Shown: positions 47,000 through 56,374 of the stretch, in pieces
Layout: every line of letters starts with the position of its first letter
How positions within the stretch are numbered: position 1 is the stretch's first letter
Source: an uncultured archaeon
GTDB lineage: Archaea > Nanobdellota > Nanobdellia > Woesearchaeales > CAIVOO01
Length of the DNA: 64,000 nt
Assembly: GCA_903842985.1 (NCBI GenBank)
Contig: CAIMOB010000014.1
Span: forward strand, 14,897-78,896
Reading direction: 5' to 3'
Translations under genes and position numbers: made by a program
The notes under the pieces: model-generated
Database searches by the model: none
Told to the model about the DNA's origin: nothing
The model's input: only the letters and a program-made list of their open reading frames with translations

Positions 47000-48034
47000 A
47001 TGATTATTGGTCTTACGGGAACTCTTGGCTCTGGAAAAGGAACAGTTGCAGAATTCTTCAGGAAAAAAGGATTTGGCTACCTGTCGCTTTCAGACGAATT
47101 AAGGGATGAGGCGAGAAAAAGAAAGATTGAGATTACAAGGGACAGCCTGCAGGCTCTGGGCAACAAATTAAGGGAGGAGCAGGGTCCAGGTGTGCTTGCG
47201 AAGCTCGTTCTGGAGAGGATAAACAAATACAACTTAATGGATGCTGTGGTTGACGGAATCAGGAACCCTGCTGAGATTGCTGAGCTGAAAAAACTGCCTC
47301 ATTTCTTTCTTGTTGCTGTCGATGCGCCTGAAAAAACAAGATTCGAGAGGATGAAGTCAAGGAACAGGGAGAATGACCCGAAGACATTTGACGCCTTCAA
47401 AAAAGTTGATGCAAGGGACAGGGGAAAGGGAGAAAACGCATCTGGCCAGCAGGTTGGGAAATGCCTGAAGCTGGCTCCTGTTTTAATCAGGAATGACAGT
47501 ACAGTGAACGAGCTCAACAGCAAGGCAGAACTTCTTCTTAAAAAACTTAAGGAAATCGAGATAAAAAGGCCAAGCATAGATGAATATTTTCTTAAAATCG
47601 CTTCTGTTGTCGCAGAGCGCTCAACCTGCAGAAGGCATCACATCGGCGCAGTTATCGCCAGGGACAAGCACCTTCTTACAACAGGTTACAACGGCGCAGC
47701 AGCAGGAATCAAGGACTGCCTTGAGCGCGGCTGCATAAAAGATGAGCTGAAGCTCGCATCCGGCACAAGGCATGAGATATGCAGGGCGATTCACGCAGAG
47801 CAGAATGCAATAATTCAGGCGGGGCTGCACAATGCAGATACAAAAGGCGCAACAATCTACTGCACGCATTCGCCGTGCAATGTCTGCGCAAAGATGATTG
47901 TGAACGCAAAAATAAAAAGATATGTGACCTACGGAACTTATGCTGACAAATCGTTCCTTCCATTATTCAGAGAGGCGAAAATAGAATATGTTGAGATGAA
48001 AGAGCCGAACATGAAGATAAACAAGCTCAAATAA
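47000..48034 (+). CDS. fusion protein: N-terminal P-loop nucleotide/nucleoside kinase plus C-terminal dCMP deaminase (zinc-dependent)
   Basis: N-terminal IIGLTGTLGSGKGTVAEFF (P-loop). C-terminal HAEQNAIIQA ... PCNVCAKMI (H-A-E / PCxxC zinc-binding deaminase motifs). Confidence 0.75.
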   Translation: MIIGLTGTLGSGKGTVAEFFRKKGFGYLSLSDELRDEARKRKIEITRDSLQALGNKLREEQGPGVLAKLVLERINKYNLMDAVVDGIRNPAEIAELKKLPHFFLVAVDAPEKTRFERMKSRNRENDPKTFDAFKKVDARDRGKGENASGQQVGKCLKLAPVLIRNDSTVNELNSKAELLLKKLKEIEIKRPSIDEYFLKIASVVAERSTCRRHHIGAVIARDKHLLTTGYNGAAAGIKDCLERGCIKDELKLASGTRHEICRAIHAEQNAIIQAGLHNADTKGATIYCTHSPCNVCAKMIVNAKIKRYVTYGTYADKSFLPLFREAKIEYVEMKEPNMKINKLK

Positions 48035-48296
48035 GCTCAAGAACCTTTTCTTTTGACCTCAATCCAGACGCAATCCTCACCTGCTTTCCAATAAGCTTTG
48101 AGAAGAACTTGATGACTTCCTTGTTTGCCTTGTCCTTGTCAGCAGGCGCTGCAATGTCAACCCTTATTTCTTCGTCATCGAATCCGGTTATTGCATTGAA
48201 ATTGCAGTCCGGCTTTACCTTTACCTTCAGCCTTCCGTCCTTTTCAATACGCTTAATTAAGAATACTCTCTCCATGTGTGTCCGCACTTCACGCAC
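48027..48296 (-). CDS. DUF167/YggU-family protein
   Basis: 89 aa. The ...AAPADKDKANKEVIKFFSKLIGKQVRIASGLRSKEKVLEL pattern is typical of UPF0235. Confidence 0.55.
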   Translation of the reverse strand: MREVRTHMERVFLIKRIEKDGRLKVKVKPDCNFNAITGFDDEEIRVDIAAPADKDKANKEVIKFFSKLIGKQVRIASGLRSKEKVLELI

Positions 48297-48565
48297 TTGT
48301 AAAACCTTGTTTCCGGCTCGTCAGCTGCCCTTGTCTGCTTTGTCCAGAAATAGGATTTTTCATTGCCGCATTTTGGGCACTGCTCTTCTGTAATTGGCAA
48401 TCTTTCCGCCTTTTCCTCGACAATTTCAATATCTTTCTTCGGCTTTATCTTCTCGCTTATCTCTATCTTGCCGTCTGTTGTCCTGTATCCGCAGGAGCAT
48501 ACCCACATAATTCTTGCGCCTTCTTTCAAAGGCTTCAGCATTGAACCGCATTTCGGGCAGAACAT
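48257..48565 (-). CDS. tfs: transcription factor S / RNA polymerase subunit M (zinc ribbons)
   Basis: N-terminal ribbon FCPKCG...CSCG. C-terminal CPKCGNEKSYFWTKQTRAADEPETRFYKCVKCGHTW (TFIIS-type ribbon with the acidic DE hairpin). Confidence 0.85.
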   Translation of the reverse strand: MFCPKCGSMLKPLKEGARIMWVCSCGYRTTDGKIEISEKIKPKKDIEIVEEKAERLPITEEQCPKCGNEKSYFWTKQTRAADEPETRFYKCVKCGHTWREYS

Positions 48566-49155
48566 CATGGTATCAGCCCCAAAAGTTGTACAAACAGTAT
48601 CTTCACCCAGCCAAGCAATGGAATTCTCAAAACTGCTTTGCCAACTGCTGCACTTTCAGGAACAGCTGTTTCATCAAGCCAGTAGCTTTTTATCTGGTCA
48701 AGGTTATGGTCGCCTTTTGTCTGGAAAACATAAAACCCATTATCATTCTTCTTTGCAACAATCCTGTGGATTATCGGGTCTGGCTTGCCTGCCTTGTAAA
48801 CAAGAATGTCTCCGACTGCGAGCTTCTCAGGCTTTTTCCCGATAAGGATCATTATGTCACCCTTGTTGAAGCCGTTCTTAAAATTAAACCCTGCAAATTC
48901 TTCTTTTGTTATGTTGAAATTTGCATACAGCTCTTTCTGCGATTCCCACCAGCCGTTGAAATTTGAGTCATGCTCCATGCTTGTCGAGACAACTGCAACA
49001 ATCGGGAACGATGTGCCGAACAAAAGCCCGAGTCCCGGATAAACTAGATATTTAATCAATACAAATGCAAGAACTATGTTTACCAGCCAGCTCCATATGG
49101 AATTGTCTTCCCAGATGAAATGCCAGGTCTTTTTCAATAGCTTTATAAATTCCAT
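48565..49155 (-). CDS. signal peptidase I, archaeal/eukaryotic Sec11 type
   Basis: N-terminal transmembrane helix, then catalytic-Ser region VVSTSMEH and the conserved GDIL/HR motifs. Confidence 0.7.
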   Translation of the reverse strand: MEFIKLLKKTWHFIWEDNSIWSWLVNIVLAFVLIKYLVYPGLGLLFGTSFPIVAVVSTSMEHDSNFNGWWESQKELYANFNITKEEFAGFNFKNGFNKGDIMILIGKKPEKLAVGDILVYKAGKPDPIIHRIVAKKNDNGFYVFQTKGDHNLDQIKSYWLDETAVPESAAVGKAVLRIPLLGWVKILFVQLLGLIP

Positions 49156-49194
49156 ATACGATTCAAGATATATAGTCTCTTAAAAAGCTTTCGA

Positions 49195-49800
49195 TTGAAA
49201 ATGAAAAAAACAAACAAAATGCAATCTGAATACTTCGAAGCAACACTCCAGCTGAGGAACCTTAGCGAGGAAATGCTAAACTTAGTCATAGATACACTTG
49301 TAAAGAATAAGATAAACATTGCAAATGAAAAGAAGCACAAGGACGGCATCGACCTTTACATTTCTTCAAACAAATTTGCACTTAGGATTGGAAATGAACT
49401 CAAGAAGAAGTTTGGCGGAACACTGAAGAAAAGCAGGCAGCTGTTCAGCTATGACAAGAGCGCAGGAAAAGATCTTTACCGAGTTACTGTTTTTTTCAAG
49501 GCGCTGGATTTCAAGCCAGGTGACATAGTTAGGTTTGACACCACCATTGTAAGGATAAGACACCTTGGGAAACGGCTGGTTGGAAGGGATGTGAGGACAG
49601 GCAGGGGCGTGAATGTGGAGCTGAAAGGCATAAATCCCGAAAAGCTTCAGATACTGGAGGCAACTGTTTCAAAAAGCTATCCTTGGCTTGAAGTGATTCA
49701 TCCGGAGACGTTCCAGTCAGTCAAGATAGAGAATCCGAAGAAGACGACAAAGGGCAATCTTCATGTGGTTCTTGATGAAGATAAAGTTTATATGGTCTGA
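49195..49800 (+). CDS. hypothetical protein (possible NMD3-like ribosome-biogenesis protein)
   Basis: A 201-aa basic protein. The family assignment is uncertain. Confidence 0.35.
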   Translation: MKMKKTNKMQSEYFEATLQLRNLSEEMLNLVIDTLVKNKINIANEKKHKDGIDLYISSNKFALRIGNELKKKFGGTLKKSRQLFSYDKSAGKDLYRVTVFFKALDFKPGDIVRFDTTIVRIRHLGKRLVGRDVRTGRGVNVELKGINPEKLQILEATVSKSYPWLEVIHPETFQSVKIENPKKTTKGNLHVVLDEDKVYMV

Positions 49801-49983
49801 TAGTTAATTTTATATATGCCAATACATTTCTAAGCTGCATGAAAAAAGGGTTGCTGGTGTTTCTGGCTGTTCTGCTTGCTGTTCCTGTCGTGTTTGCTGC
49901 AACTTATACTGTCTGTTGCATTTTGGTCTGATGTTTGGTTTACAGCAACGCTTTCATTCTCTGCAATTGCAAATGAAAGAGAA

Positions 49984-51216
49984 CTAATTGTCATTACTAT
50001 TGCCATAAAAAAAACTAATATCTCTTTTTTCATCTTTTTGACCTCCCTCTTCTTTTTTCTGGCCTTTATCATCAAGTTCTACTACATTGTACACAAACTG
50101 CTTATCTAGTTTCAGCTTATTTATCCAAGCAGTTGTTGTTAAATCCCCTTTTTCACGCTTAAGAATATCCTCAAACTTTTTTATGGTTTCAAGAGGAGTA
50201 GTAATATCATCATTAATCTTTGCCATGATGGTTTCACCAATCTTCTCTCTTATTTCTTTCAGCCCCTTTTCTTCTTTTTCCAAACTTGCTGCCTGCTGGT
50301 AATCATTTATTAAATTATCCAAATACTCGTTCTTTATTTTCCCTGGGTCGCACACTTCTTTTCTTGAAGAATCATTATTTATTTTATCTGAAATTCTGCT
50401 GCTAATTTCTTTTCCTAAATTTGCTATTTCTTCTATTTTGCTCCTGTCTCCTTCATAACAATTTTCGGCATTCAAAACATCCCGGTAGGCAATCAGCGCG
50501 CTTTTTAATTTAATGGCACCTTTTTCAAGCTCGCCAAGCCAAATCTGGGAAATGTACCCCAGCAAAAGCTCAGGGTCAGTTAGGATTTTTTCCTTTGTAA
50601 TCTGTTTTGCTGACCTCTGCTCTTCAAACTTGACTATGCACCCCCCTAAAAAAGAACCGGCGTATGATGACAGTTCGCGCTTTAACTGCGGAGACAGGTT
50701 CTGCGGTTTTCTGCGATCATCAAGTACAATTACCTGCGCTGATTTTTCTGCTTTCTCTATTTTCCTTCTTTGCATTCCAAGTATTGTGCCATCAATGCTT
50801 GCTGGTTTTTCTTTCAAGCCAGCGGGAATAGTGAATTTTGATGTTTCTGTTGCAGGCTCTTCTGTTCCCATACTAAGCTCTTCAAAATCAGGTTTTCTTG
50901 TTGGCTTAACCTCTTCATAATGTGGCTTTCGGGCTGAATCAGTGTAGGCAATCAGAGTGAAAAGATAGTCCAGTCTTTTTTCAAGTTCGCTTTTGATCTT
51001 TTCAAAAATCTCCGGATGCTCCTTGAAAGTTTTTTCTATCCTGCACATGTACAGAGGGTCCCGCCATAATCTGTCAAACCAATCATAGTCTTCCTTTGTT
51101 GAGTCTTTTATTTCCCCCAGAACAAATGATTTTTTGTTTTCTGCGCCTATTTTTGCTTCTATACCTTCTAGGAATTGCTTTATTCTCTCTTCAGCTACCA
51201 ATTCTTTTACTGCCAT
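49984..51216 (-). CDS. hypothetical protein
   Basis: 410 aa, charged and helical. Confidence 0.45.
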   Translation of the reverse strand: MAVKELVAEERIKQFLEGIEAKIGAENKKSFVLGEIKDSTKEDYDWFDRLWRDPLYMCRIEKTFKEHPEIFEKIKSELEKRLDYLFTLIAYTDSARKPHYEEVKPTRKPDFEELSMGTEEPATETSKFTIPAGLKEKPASIDGTILGMQRRKIEKAEKSAQVIVLDDRRKPQNLSPQLKRELSSYAGSFLGGCIVKFEEQRSAKQITKEKILTDPELLLGYISQIWLGELEKGAIKLKSALIAYRDVLNAENCYEGDRSKIEEIANLGKEISSRISDKINNDSSRKEVCDPGKIKNEYLDNLINDYQQAASLEKEEKGLKEIREKIGETIMAKINDDITTPLETIKKFEDILKREKGDLTTTAWINKLKLDKQFVYNVVELDDKGQKKEEGGQKDEKRDISFFYGNSNDN

Positions 51217-51269
51217 GCTCCCAATAAGAGATATAAAAATTTATAAAGTTAATGTTTTTTAGTTTATAT

Positions 51270-52349
51270 ATGATAAAGCTTGACGGAGCATATATGGAAG
51301 GCGGAGGGCAGATTGTAAGGAATGCGCTGGCGCTCTCTGCAATAACTGGAAAAGGGTTCGAAGTTGACAATATAAGGAAAGGAAGATGTGATTCTGGATT
51401 GAAGCACCAGCATCTTTACTGCGTTAAAGCTGTTTCTGAGCTGTGCGATGCAGAGATTGAAGATGTTGAAATAGGATCAACGCACATAAAATTTATTCCG
51501 AGAAAGATAAAGGCAAAAAATCTTGAGATTGACATCGGCACAGCAGGCTCTGTGACCCTGCTTCTGCAGTCAATTTTAATTCCGGCAATGTTCTCAAACG
51601 CAACAACACACATCCAGATAAGGGGCGGGACAGATGTGAACTGGTCAATGCCTGTTGATTACCTTTACAATATCTTCCTTCCGCATCTGCAAAAATATGC
51701 AGGCATCGATTACAAGCTTGTGAGAAGAGGATACCATCCGAAAGGCAGCGGATTGCTGGAATTGACAATAAGGCCGAAGTACAAATTAAAGGATTTTGAT
51801 TCATTTGAGGATTTTCATAAGTATCTCAAACAGCAGAAAAAGATAAATCTACTTGAACAGGGAAAGCTTCAGCAGATAAAAGGTGTTTCGCATGCATCAA
51901 AACTGCTGGAGAAAGCCAAAGTAGCTGAGAGGCAGGCAGAGGCAGCTAAGCTTGGGCTTTCGAAATACAATGTTCCGGTTGAAATAATCTCAGAATACTG
52001 CGAAACACTCTCGCCTGGCTCAGGCATAACTCTTTGGGCAGTATTCGCTGACAATGAAATCGACTTTGACAACCCAATAAGAATTGGGGCAGATGCATTG
52101 GGCGAGAAAGGCAAGCCGTCTGAAGAGATTGGCAAGGAAGCTGTTGATAACTTGGCGAAGGAAATCAAGTCAGGCGCACCTGTCGACAGCCACCTTGAGG
52201 ATAATTTGATTCCGTTTCTGGGGTTGTTCGGCGGCAGAATCAAGGTGCCGGAGATAACCAGGCACACGCTGACAAACATCTACGTAACAGAGCAGTTCCT
52301 GAATGTGAAATTCAATGTGGATGAGGAGAATAAGATAATAAGTGTTTGA
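51270..52349 (+). CDS. rtcA: RNA 3'-terminal phosphate cyclase
   Basis: MIKLDGAYMEGGGQIVRNALALSAITGK is the RtcA N-terminal signature. I moved the start to this Met. Confidence 0.8.
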   Translation: MIKLDGAYMEGGGQIVRNALALSAITGKGFEVDNIRKGRCDSGLKHQHLYCVKAVSELCDAEIEDVEIGSTHIKFIPRKIKAKNLEIDIGTAGSVTLLLQSILIPAMFSNATTHIQIRGGTDVNWSMPVDYLYNIFLPHLQKYAGIDYKLVRRGYHPKGSGLLELTIRPKYKLKDFDSFEDFHKYLKQQKKINLLEQGKLQQIKGVSHASKLLEKAKVAERQAEAAKLGLSKYNVPVEIISEYCETLSPGSGITLWAVFADNEIDFDNPIRIGADALGEKGKPSEEIGKEAVDNLAKEIKSGAPVDSHLEDNLIPFLGLFGGRIKVPEITRHTLTNIYVTEQFLNVKFNVDEENKIISV

Positions 52350-52396
52350 AAATGTTTTGGGCTTTCGATACTTTTATATAACATAATAATTCTTAT

Positions 52397-53179
52397 ATGC
52401 TCATGAATGTTGAAAAGCACACAAAAAATATGTACAATAAGTTCGGCAGAGAATACCAAAGGACAAGAGAAGAGAGGCATAAAAGCAGGGTGTACAATGA
52501 ATTTCTTGAAGTTCCTTGCATGGTAAAAGCTGTTGGAAACATCAAAGGCAAAAAATTGCTTGATGTTGGCTGCGGCGCAGGGGTTCATATTAAGCATTAT
52601 ATTTCCAAAGGCGCCAAATGCTGCGGCATCGATCTTAGTCAGACTATGATTGAAATGGCGAAACAAAATTGCCCCAATGTCAAGTTTAAGGTTGGTTCTA
52701 TGACAAAATTGCCTTATAAAAATTCTTCATTTGATATAGTTACTGCAAGCCTTAGTATAGATTATATTAAAGACTTGATCCCTATTTTAAAAGAAATTTC
52801 AAGAGTTCTGAAGAAAGGCGGAGTTTTCTATTATTCCAATGAAAGTCCTATTGCTTCAGCAAGAGAAGTATACGAAGATAAAAACTTCAAAATTGTAGGA
52901 ATAGGAAAATTTGTAGATAAGAAAACAGGAAAACAGATAGCTCTTGGCAGAGGATGGGACGAACGGCTTGCAGAATGGGAAATGGTTCCGGGAATGTTGA
53001 TGAAAACATATAATAAAACATTCAGAACGCAATTAAAAAATTTAAGGAAGGCAGGATTTGAATTGATAGATTTTATTGACTGCAAACCTACTCCGGCATT
53101 TAAAAAATACGATTCAAAAGCTTATGAAGTATTCTCAAAATTTCCGCTATTCAGCATTTATGTTTCTCAAAAGAAATAA
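52397..53179 (+). CDS. class I SAM-dependent methyltransferase
   Basis: Motif I LLDVGCGAGVH. 260 aa. Confidence 0.7.
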   Translation: MLMNVEKHTKNMYNKFGREYQRTREERHKSRVYNEFLEVPCMVKAVGNIKGKKLLDVGCGAGVHIKHYISKGAKCCGIDLSQTMIEMAKQNCPNVKFKVGSMTKLPYKNSSFDIVTASLSIDYIKDLIPILKEISRVLKKGGVFYYSNESPIASAREVYEDKNFKIVGIGKFVDKKTGKQIALGRGWDERLAEWEMVPGMLMKTYNKTFRTQLKNLRKAGFELIDFIDCKPTPAFKKYDSKAYEVFSKFPLFSIYVSQKK

Positions 53180-53180
53180 T

Positions 53181-53441
53181 CTATCTAAACCCAATCACCT
53201 GAAGCCCGTATTTCTCAATGTCCTTCTTGGGCCAGAACTTAAGTTCTTTTGTCTTCAGCACATAAGTCACTTTCTTCTTCATGCTTCTGCCTGTGTACTT
53301 CTTCGTCTTAGGATTCCACTCCCTCAGAACTAAAACATCTCCAGAAGCGCATTTAAAATCAGCCAGCCTTATCTCAAATGTCTTTTTTCCTTCTTTTATC
53401 TTCCTGAAATATTCAGGCCAAACCTTTTTTTCTATTCTCAT
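53181..53441 (-). CDS. ASCH/PUA-like domain protein
   Basis: 86 aa. WPEYFRKIKEGKKTFEIRL...GDVLVLRE pattern. Confidence 0.5.
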   Translation of the reverse strand: MRIEKKVWPEYFRKIKEGKKTFEIRLADFKCASGDVLVLREWNPKTKKYTGRSMKKKVTYVLKTKELKFWPKKDIEKYGLQVIGFR

Positions 53442-53451
53442 GTTAGAATTC

Positions 53452-55011
53452 TCAAGCCAGCCCAGCTAACTCAATGTCTGTCTTTAATCCAATGACGTCG
53501 TAATAAATCTTCTTCTTCTGCTCCGCATCAATTCCTCTAAGAAGGGAATATGCGCTCTTTATCTGGTCGTAAATCTGCTTAGCTTCCTTCACATTCCTGA
53601 CTTTCATAGCCTCCCTTGCCCTGTCCATTAATTCATAAATCTCAACGCCTTCAGGCGACTCCTCTTCGACAAGCCTTTCTGCAAAGCTGATGTCCCCGTC
53701 AATTCCCTTCTCCTCTGTAAGATCTGTCTCATATCTCTTTAACTCATTTTTCAAGTATGACCTAAAGCTCAGTTCGTCAACCTTTTCCTTTTCCTTCTCA
53801 ACGCCCTGCATTATGCCTTCAATCTTTCCTTCCTTTTCCTTTATCACGCGTTCCCTCTGCATAATGTCGCCTGCCCTATTGACTATTTTCTGCTTCTTCT
53901 GCACTTCACTCATCAGTTGCCTGTATTTCTTCTCAAGCAGCGGAAGGTTTGCCTTCAATTCCTTGGCTTTCTTCACCTTTTCCTCTCTTTTGCTGACTTC
54001 TTTTTCCCTATTGTTAAGCATCTTCTGCGCTGTTTCAAACTTTGTGAACATTCCTGTTATCTCATCCTCTTTTTCATCAAGCTCTTTCTTGTCTTTTTCA
54101 ATCCTTGAAATGTCAGCAACAAGCTTTTTTTCAGTGGAGTCAATCCTTTTCCTGTCGCTTTCTATTTCATTGAACTTCTTTACAATCTCATCCTCTTTTT
54201 CATCAAGAATCTGCTGGTTTGTTTTGAGAACATTAAGCTTTGTTTCATACTCTATCTTGAGCTTTTCAAGCTCGTTGCTGGTGACAAACACATTGTGCTC
54301 AACATTTCTTTTGTCTGCGCTGAGCTTTATGACATCATTCATCAAATCCTTCTGCTTCTGCTCGAGAAGCCTGACGTTGTCAGTTGCTTCCTTCCTTGTT
54401 CTTTCAAACTCTTTTTCAGCGAGCTGGACAGCATTTTCCCTTGCCTTGAAGCCCATTTCAATTTCTTTATCCTTTAAGTCAGTCCTTGTTATCTTTACTT
54501 CCTTATTGGCAATCTCCTCTGCCTTTTTTCCAATCTGCCTTTCCTTTTCCCTGAAAAGCGTCTCCTTGTCTTCAAGCTCGCGCTTCAGTTTCTTCGCCCA
54601 CTGCTCTGTTTCATAGACAGTTGCCCTCAGGGCATCTCTTTTCTTTTCAAGAGTTTCTATTTCCCTTACAAGCCCCGCCTTATCCTTGTCCAGGTCTTTC
54701 ACCTGTCTTGAAAGCTCTTTGTTAAGGTCGGCAAGCTCGTTTTCCTTTTCATTCAGCGCCTTTTCCTTGTTGTCAGTCGCCTCTTTTTTTGTAAGAATGT
54801 AATCTTCCTGCTCATTCAGCTTTATTTTTTTTGAAGCTATCTCTTTCTCGATTTTTGCAAGAATCTTTTCCTTTTCAGCCAAAGCCTTTTCTTTTTCCTT
54901 CAGCTGGATTTCATTTGAATCTTTCTTTGAGAAGAATCCTTTTTTCTCTGGTTTTTCTGCAATCAATGGAGGTGCCGGTATCTCTGCCTCTTTTTGAGAA
55001 ACTTCTGTCAT
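53452..55011 (-). CDS. long K/E-rich coiled-coil protein
   Basis: 519 aa of heptad-like K/E/L repeats. The 308-aa S/F/L-rich ORF on the opposite strand (53690-54616) is the antisense artefact of this gene. Confidence 0.5.
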   Translation of the reverse strand: MTEVSQKEAEIPAPPLIAEKPEKKGFFSKKDSNEIQLKEKEKALAEKEKILAKIEKEIASKKIKLNEQEDYILTKKEATDNKEKALNEKENELADLNKELSRQVKDLDKDKAGLVREIETLEKKRDALRATVYETEQWAKKLKRELEDKETLFREKERQIGKKAEEIANKEVKITRTDLKDKEIEMGFKARENAVQLAEKEFERTRKEATDNVRLLEQKQKDLMNDVIKLSADKRNVEHNVFVTSNELEKLKIEYETKLNVLKTNQQILDEKEDEIVKKFNEIESDRKRIDSTEKKLVADISRIEKDKKELDEKEDEITGMFTKFETAQKMLNNREKEVSKREEKVKKAKELKANLPLLEKKYRQLMSEVQKKQKIVNRAGDIMQRERVIKEKEGKIEGIMQGVEKEKEKVDELSFRSYLKNELKRYETDLTEEKGIDGDISFAERLVEEESPEGVEIYELMDRAREAMKVRNVKEAKQIYDQIKSAYSLLRGIDAEQKKKIYYDVIGLKTDIELAGLA

Positions 55012-55134
55012 TATTTTACCCCCTCTTAAGTATTAAATTAGTATTTGGTTTATATATTTTTATCACTATCATAAAATGAATACAACAGATATTCTGCAGA
55101 AACCTTTATAAACCACCCCCTTTCCCAAGATACC

Positions 55135-55308
55135 ATGGAAAAGCCATTAGCATGTATATCCTGCAAGAAAAGGATAACAAATGATTCTGGAGCAGTTAGA
55201 TTCATGTGCCCCAAATGCGGGAAATATGAAATAACAAGATGCGGGCACTGCAGAGCAATTGCTGCAAAATACAAATGCCCTGAATGCGGATTTGAAGGTC
55301 CGAATTAA
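55135..55308 (+). CDS. small zinc-ribbon protein (COG2888-like, usually found upstream of aEF-1beta)
   Basis: A 57-aa ORF below the ORF-track size cutoff: MEKPLACISCKKRITNDSGAVRFMCPKCGKYEITRCGHCRAIAAKYKCPECGFEGPN. It has four CxxC pairs, and its stop abuts the ef1b start. Confidence 0.6.
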   Translation: MEKPLACISCKKRITNDSGAVRFMCPKCGKYEITRCGHCRAIAAKYKCPECGFEGPN

Positions 55309-55309
55309 G

Positions 55310-55585
55310 ATGGCCCGCGTTGTAATAACTCTTAACATAATGCCTGAGAGCCCCGATGTGGACTTGGGCGAAGTTCTTTCAGCTGCAAAAAAAGATTTGG
55401 AGAAATTCAATGCAGTTTTCATGCGCTTTGAAGAGGAGCCTGTTGCATTTGGATTAAAAGCATTGAAGCTGACTTTTTCTGTTGATGAAAAAGGCGGGGA
55501 CACAGAGCCCCTTGAAGAAAAAATAAAAACAATTGAAGGCGTCCAGTCAGTTGAAGTTATAAGCGCTTCTAGAGGGCTTGGTTAA
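55310..55585 (+). CDS. ef1b: translation elongation factor aEF-1 beta
   Basis: MARVVITLNIMPESPDVDLGEVL...EEEPVAFGLKALKL. I trimmed the start to this Met. Confidence 0.8.
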   Translation: MARVVITLNIMPESPDVDLGEVLSAAKKDLEKFNAVFMRFEEEPVAFGLKALKLTFSVDEKGGDTEPLEEKIKTIEGVQSVEVISASRGLG

Positions 55586-55966
55586 ATAAGTTATGCTTGG
55601 CTCGTCAACTTTTACACATCCTGTCTTTGCATCAAGTGTCACATAGCCTTCTGAAGGAAACACGTAATCAACCTTAATTCCAATTCCTACAAGATATTTT
55701 CTTGCCTCTTCAACACTTTTTTCCGGCCCGATTATTTTAGCGCTTCCCTGTATCTGCCTTATCAGCTCGCCAATCTCAGCAACATTGTTTATGTTTGCAA
55801 GGCCTATTCCCCTGCTGCTGGCAATCCCGACAACAGCGTTCCCAAGAGTTTCAGAACAGAGCTTTCCTCTCCAGGCAACTGCCTGCTCGCCTCTTGAAAC
55901 ATAATCTGTAATTTCTTTTTCTTTTGCGCCAAAATAAACATTTATGACATTTGTTTCGCTGCTCAT
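55547..55966 (-). CDS. hypothetical protein
   Basis: 139 aa with a Gly-rich segment VVGIASSRGIGLANI. Family not recognised. Confidence 0.4.
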   Translation of the reverse strand: MSSETNVINVYFGAKEKEITDYVSRGEQAVAWRGKLCSETLGNAVVGIASSRGIGLANINNVAEIGELIRQIQGSAKIIGPEKSVEEARKYLVGIGIKVDYVFPSEGYVTLDAKTGCVKVDEPSITYLTKPSRSAYNFN

Positions 55967-56308
55967 TTTTCCTTCACCACCACAAATGGCCTTTTCTTGA
56001 CCCTGAAAAATACCTTTCCGCCCTCAACCTCAACCTGCTTCCAGCTGAAGACGCCATTTTTTACACCCATAAAATTAAATTTCATGAAGCACCCCCCATC
56101 CATGTCCTAAAACCGAAAGCAAAAGCGAACTGATTGCGACGAACGCAAACAGCTTCATGTCAAACACCTTCAAATAATTGAAAATTAAAAACCAGTAAAA
56201 GGGCACTGAGGTGAAAAAGAGTGCCCTCTTACTGACATTGGCAATTCCTTGGCAGGAGCATAAGCCTACTTTATTTCTGATATTTTCTTGTGCGTACATA
56301 TTAAAAAA

Positions 56309-56332
56309 CTGCCCGCCCTCAAGGACGGGCAG
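56309..56332 (-). terminator. intrinsic-terminator-like hairpin with a T-tract, downstream of the HD-GYP gene
   Basis: CTGCCCG-(CCCTCAAGGA)-CGGGCAG is a 7-bp GC-rich stem. On the minus strand it is followed by TTTTTTAA. Confidence 0.4.
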
Positions 56333-56374
56333 CCACCCCCAACAAAACTCCTTAGAGTTTTGAGCATTAAATTT

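Noticed and set aside
49830-50075. 81-aa minus-strand ORF with signal-peptide-like segment
   Set aside because: It overlaps the 3' end of the 410-aa gene by about 90 nt. It has weak composition with an N-terminal lysine run, so it was kept out of the feature list, though a small secreted peptide cannot be excluded.
53690-54616. 308-aa Ser/Phe/Leu-rich plus-strand ORF
   Set aside because: It is the reverse complement of the K/E-rich coiled-coil gene (AAG/GAA codons read as CTT/TTC), a classic antisense artefact.
56075-56299. 74-aa minus-strand ORF
   Set aside because: It contains a strong hairpin plus T-tract and has hydrophobic low-complexity sequence. The region is more likely non-coding terminator or small-RNA sequence.
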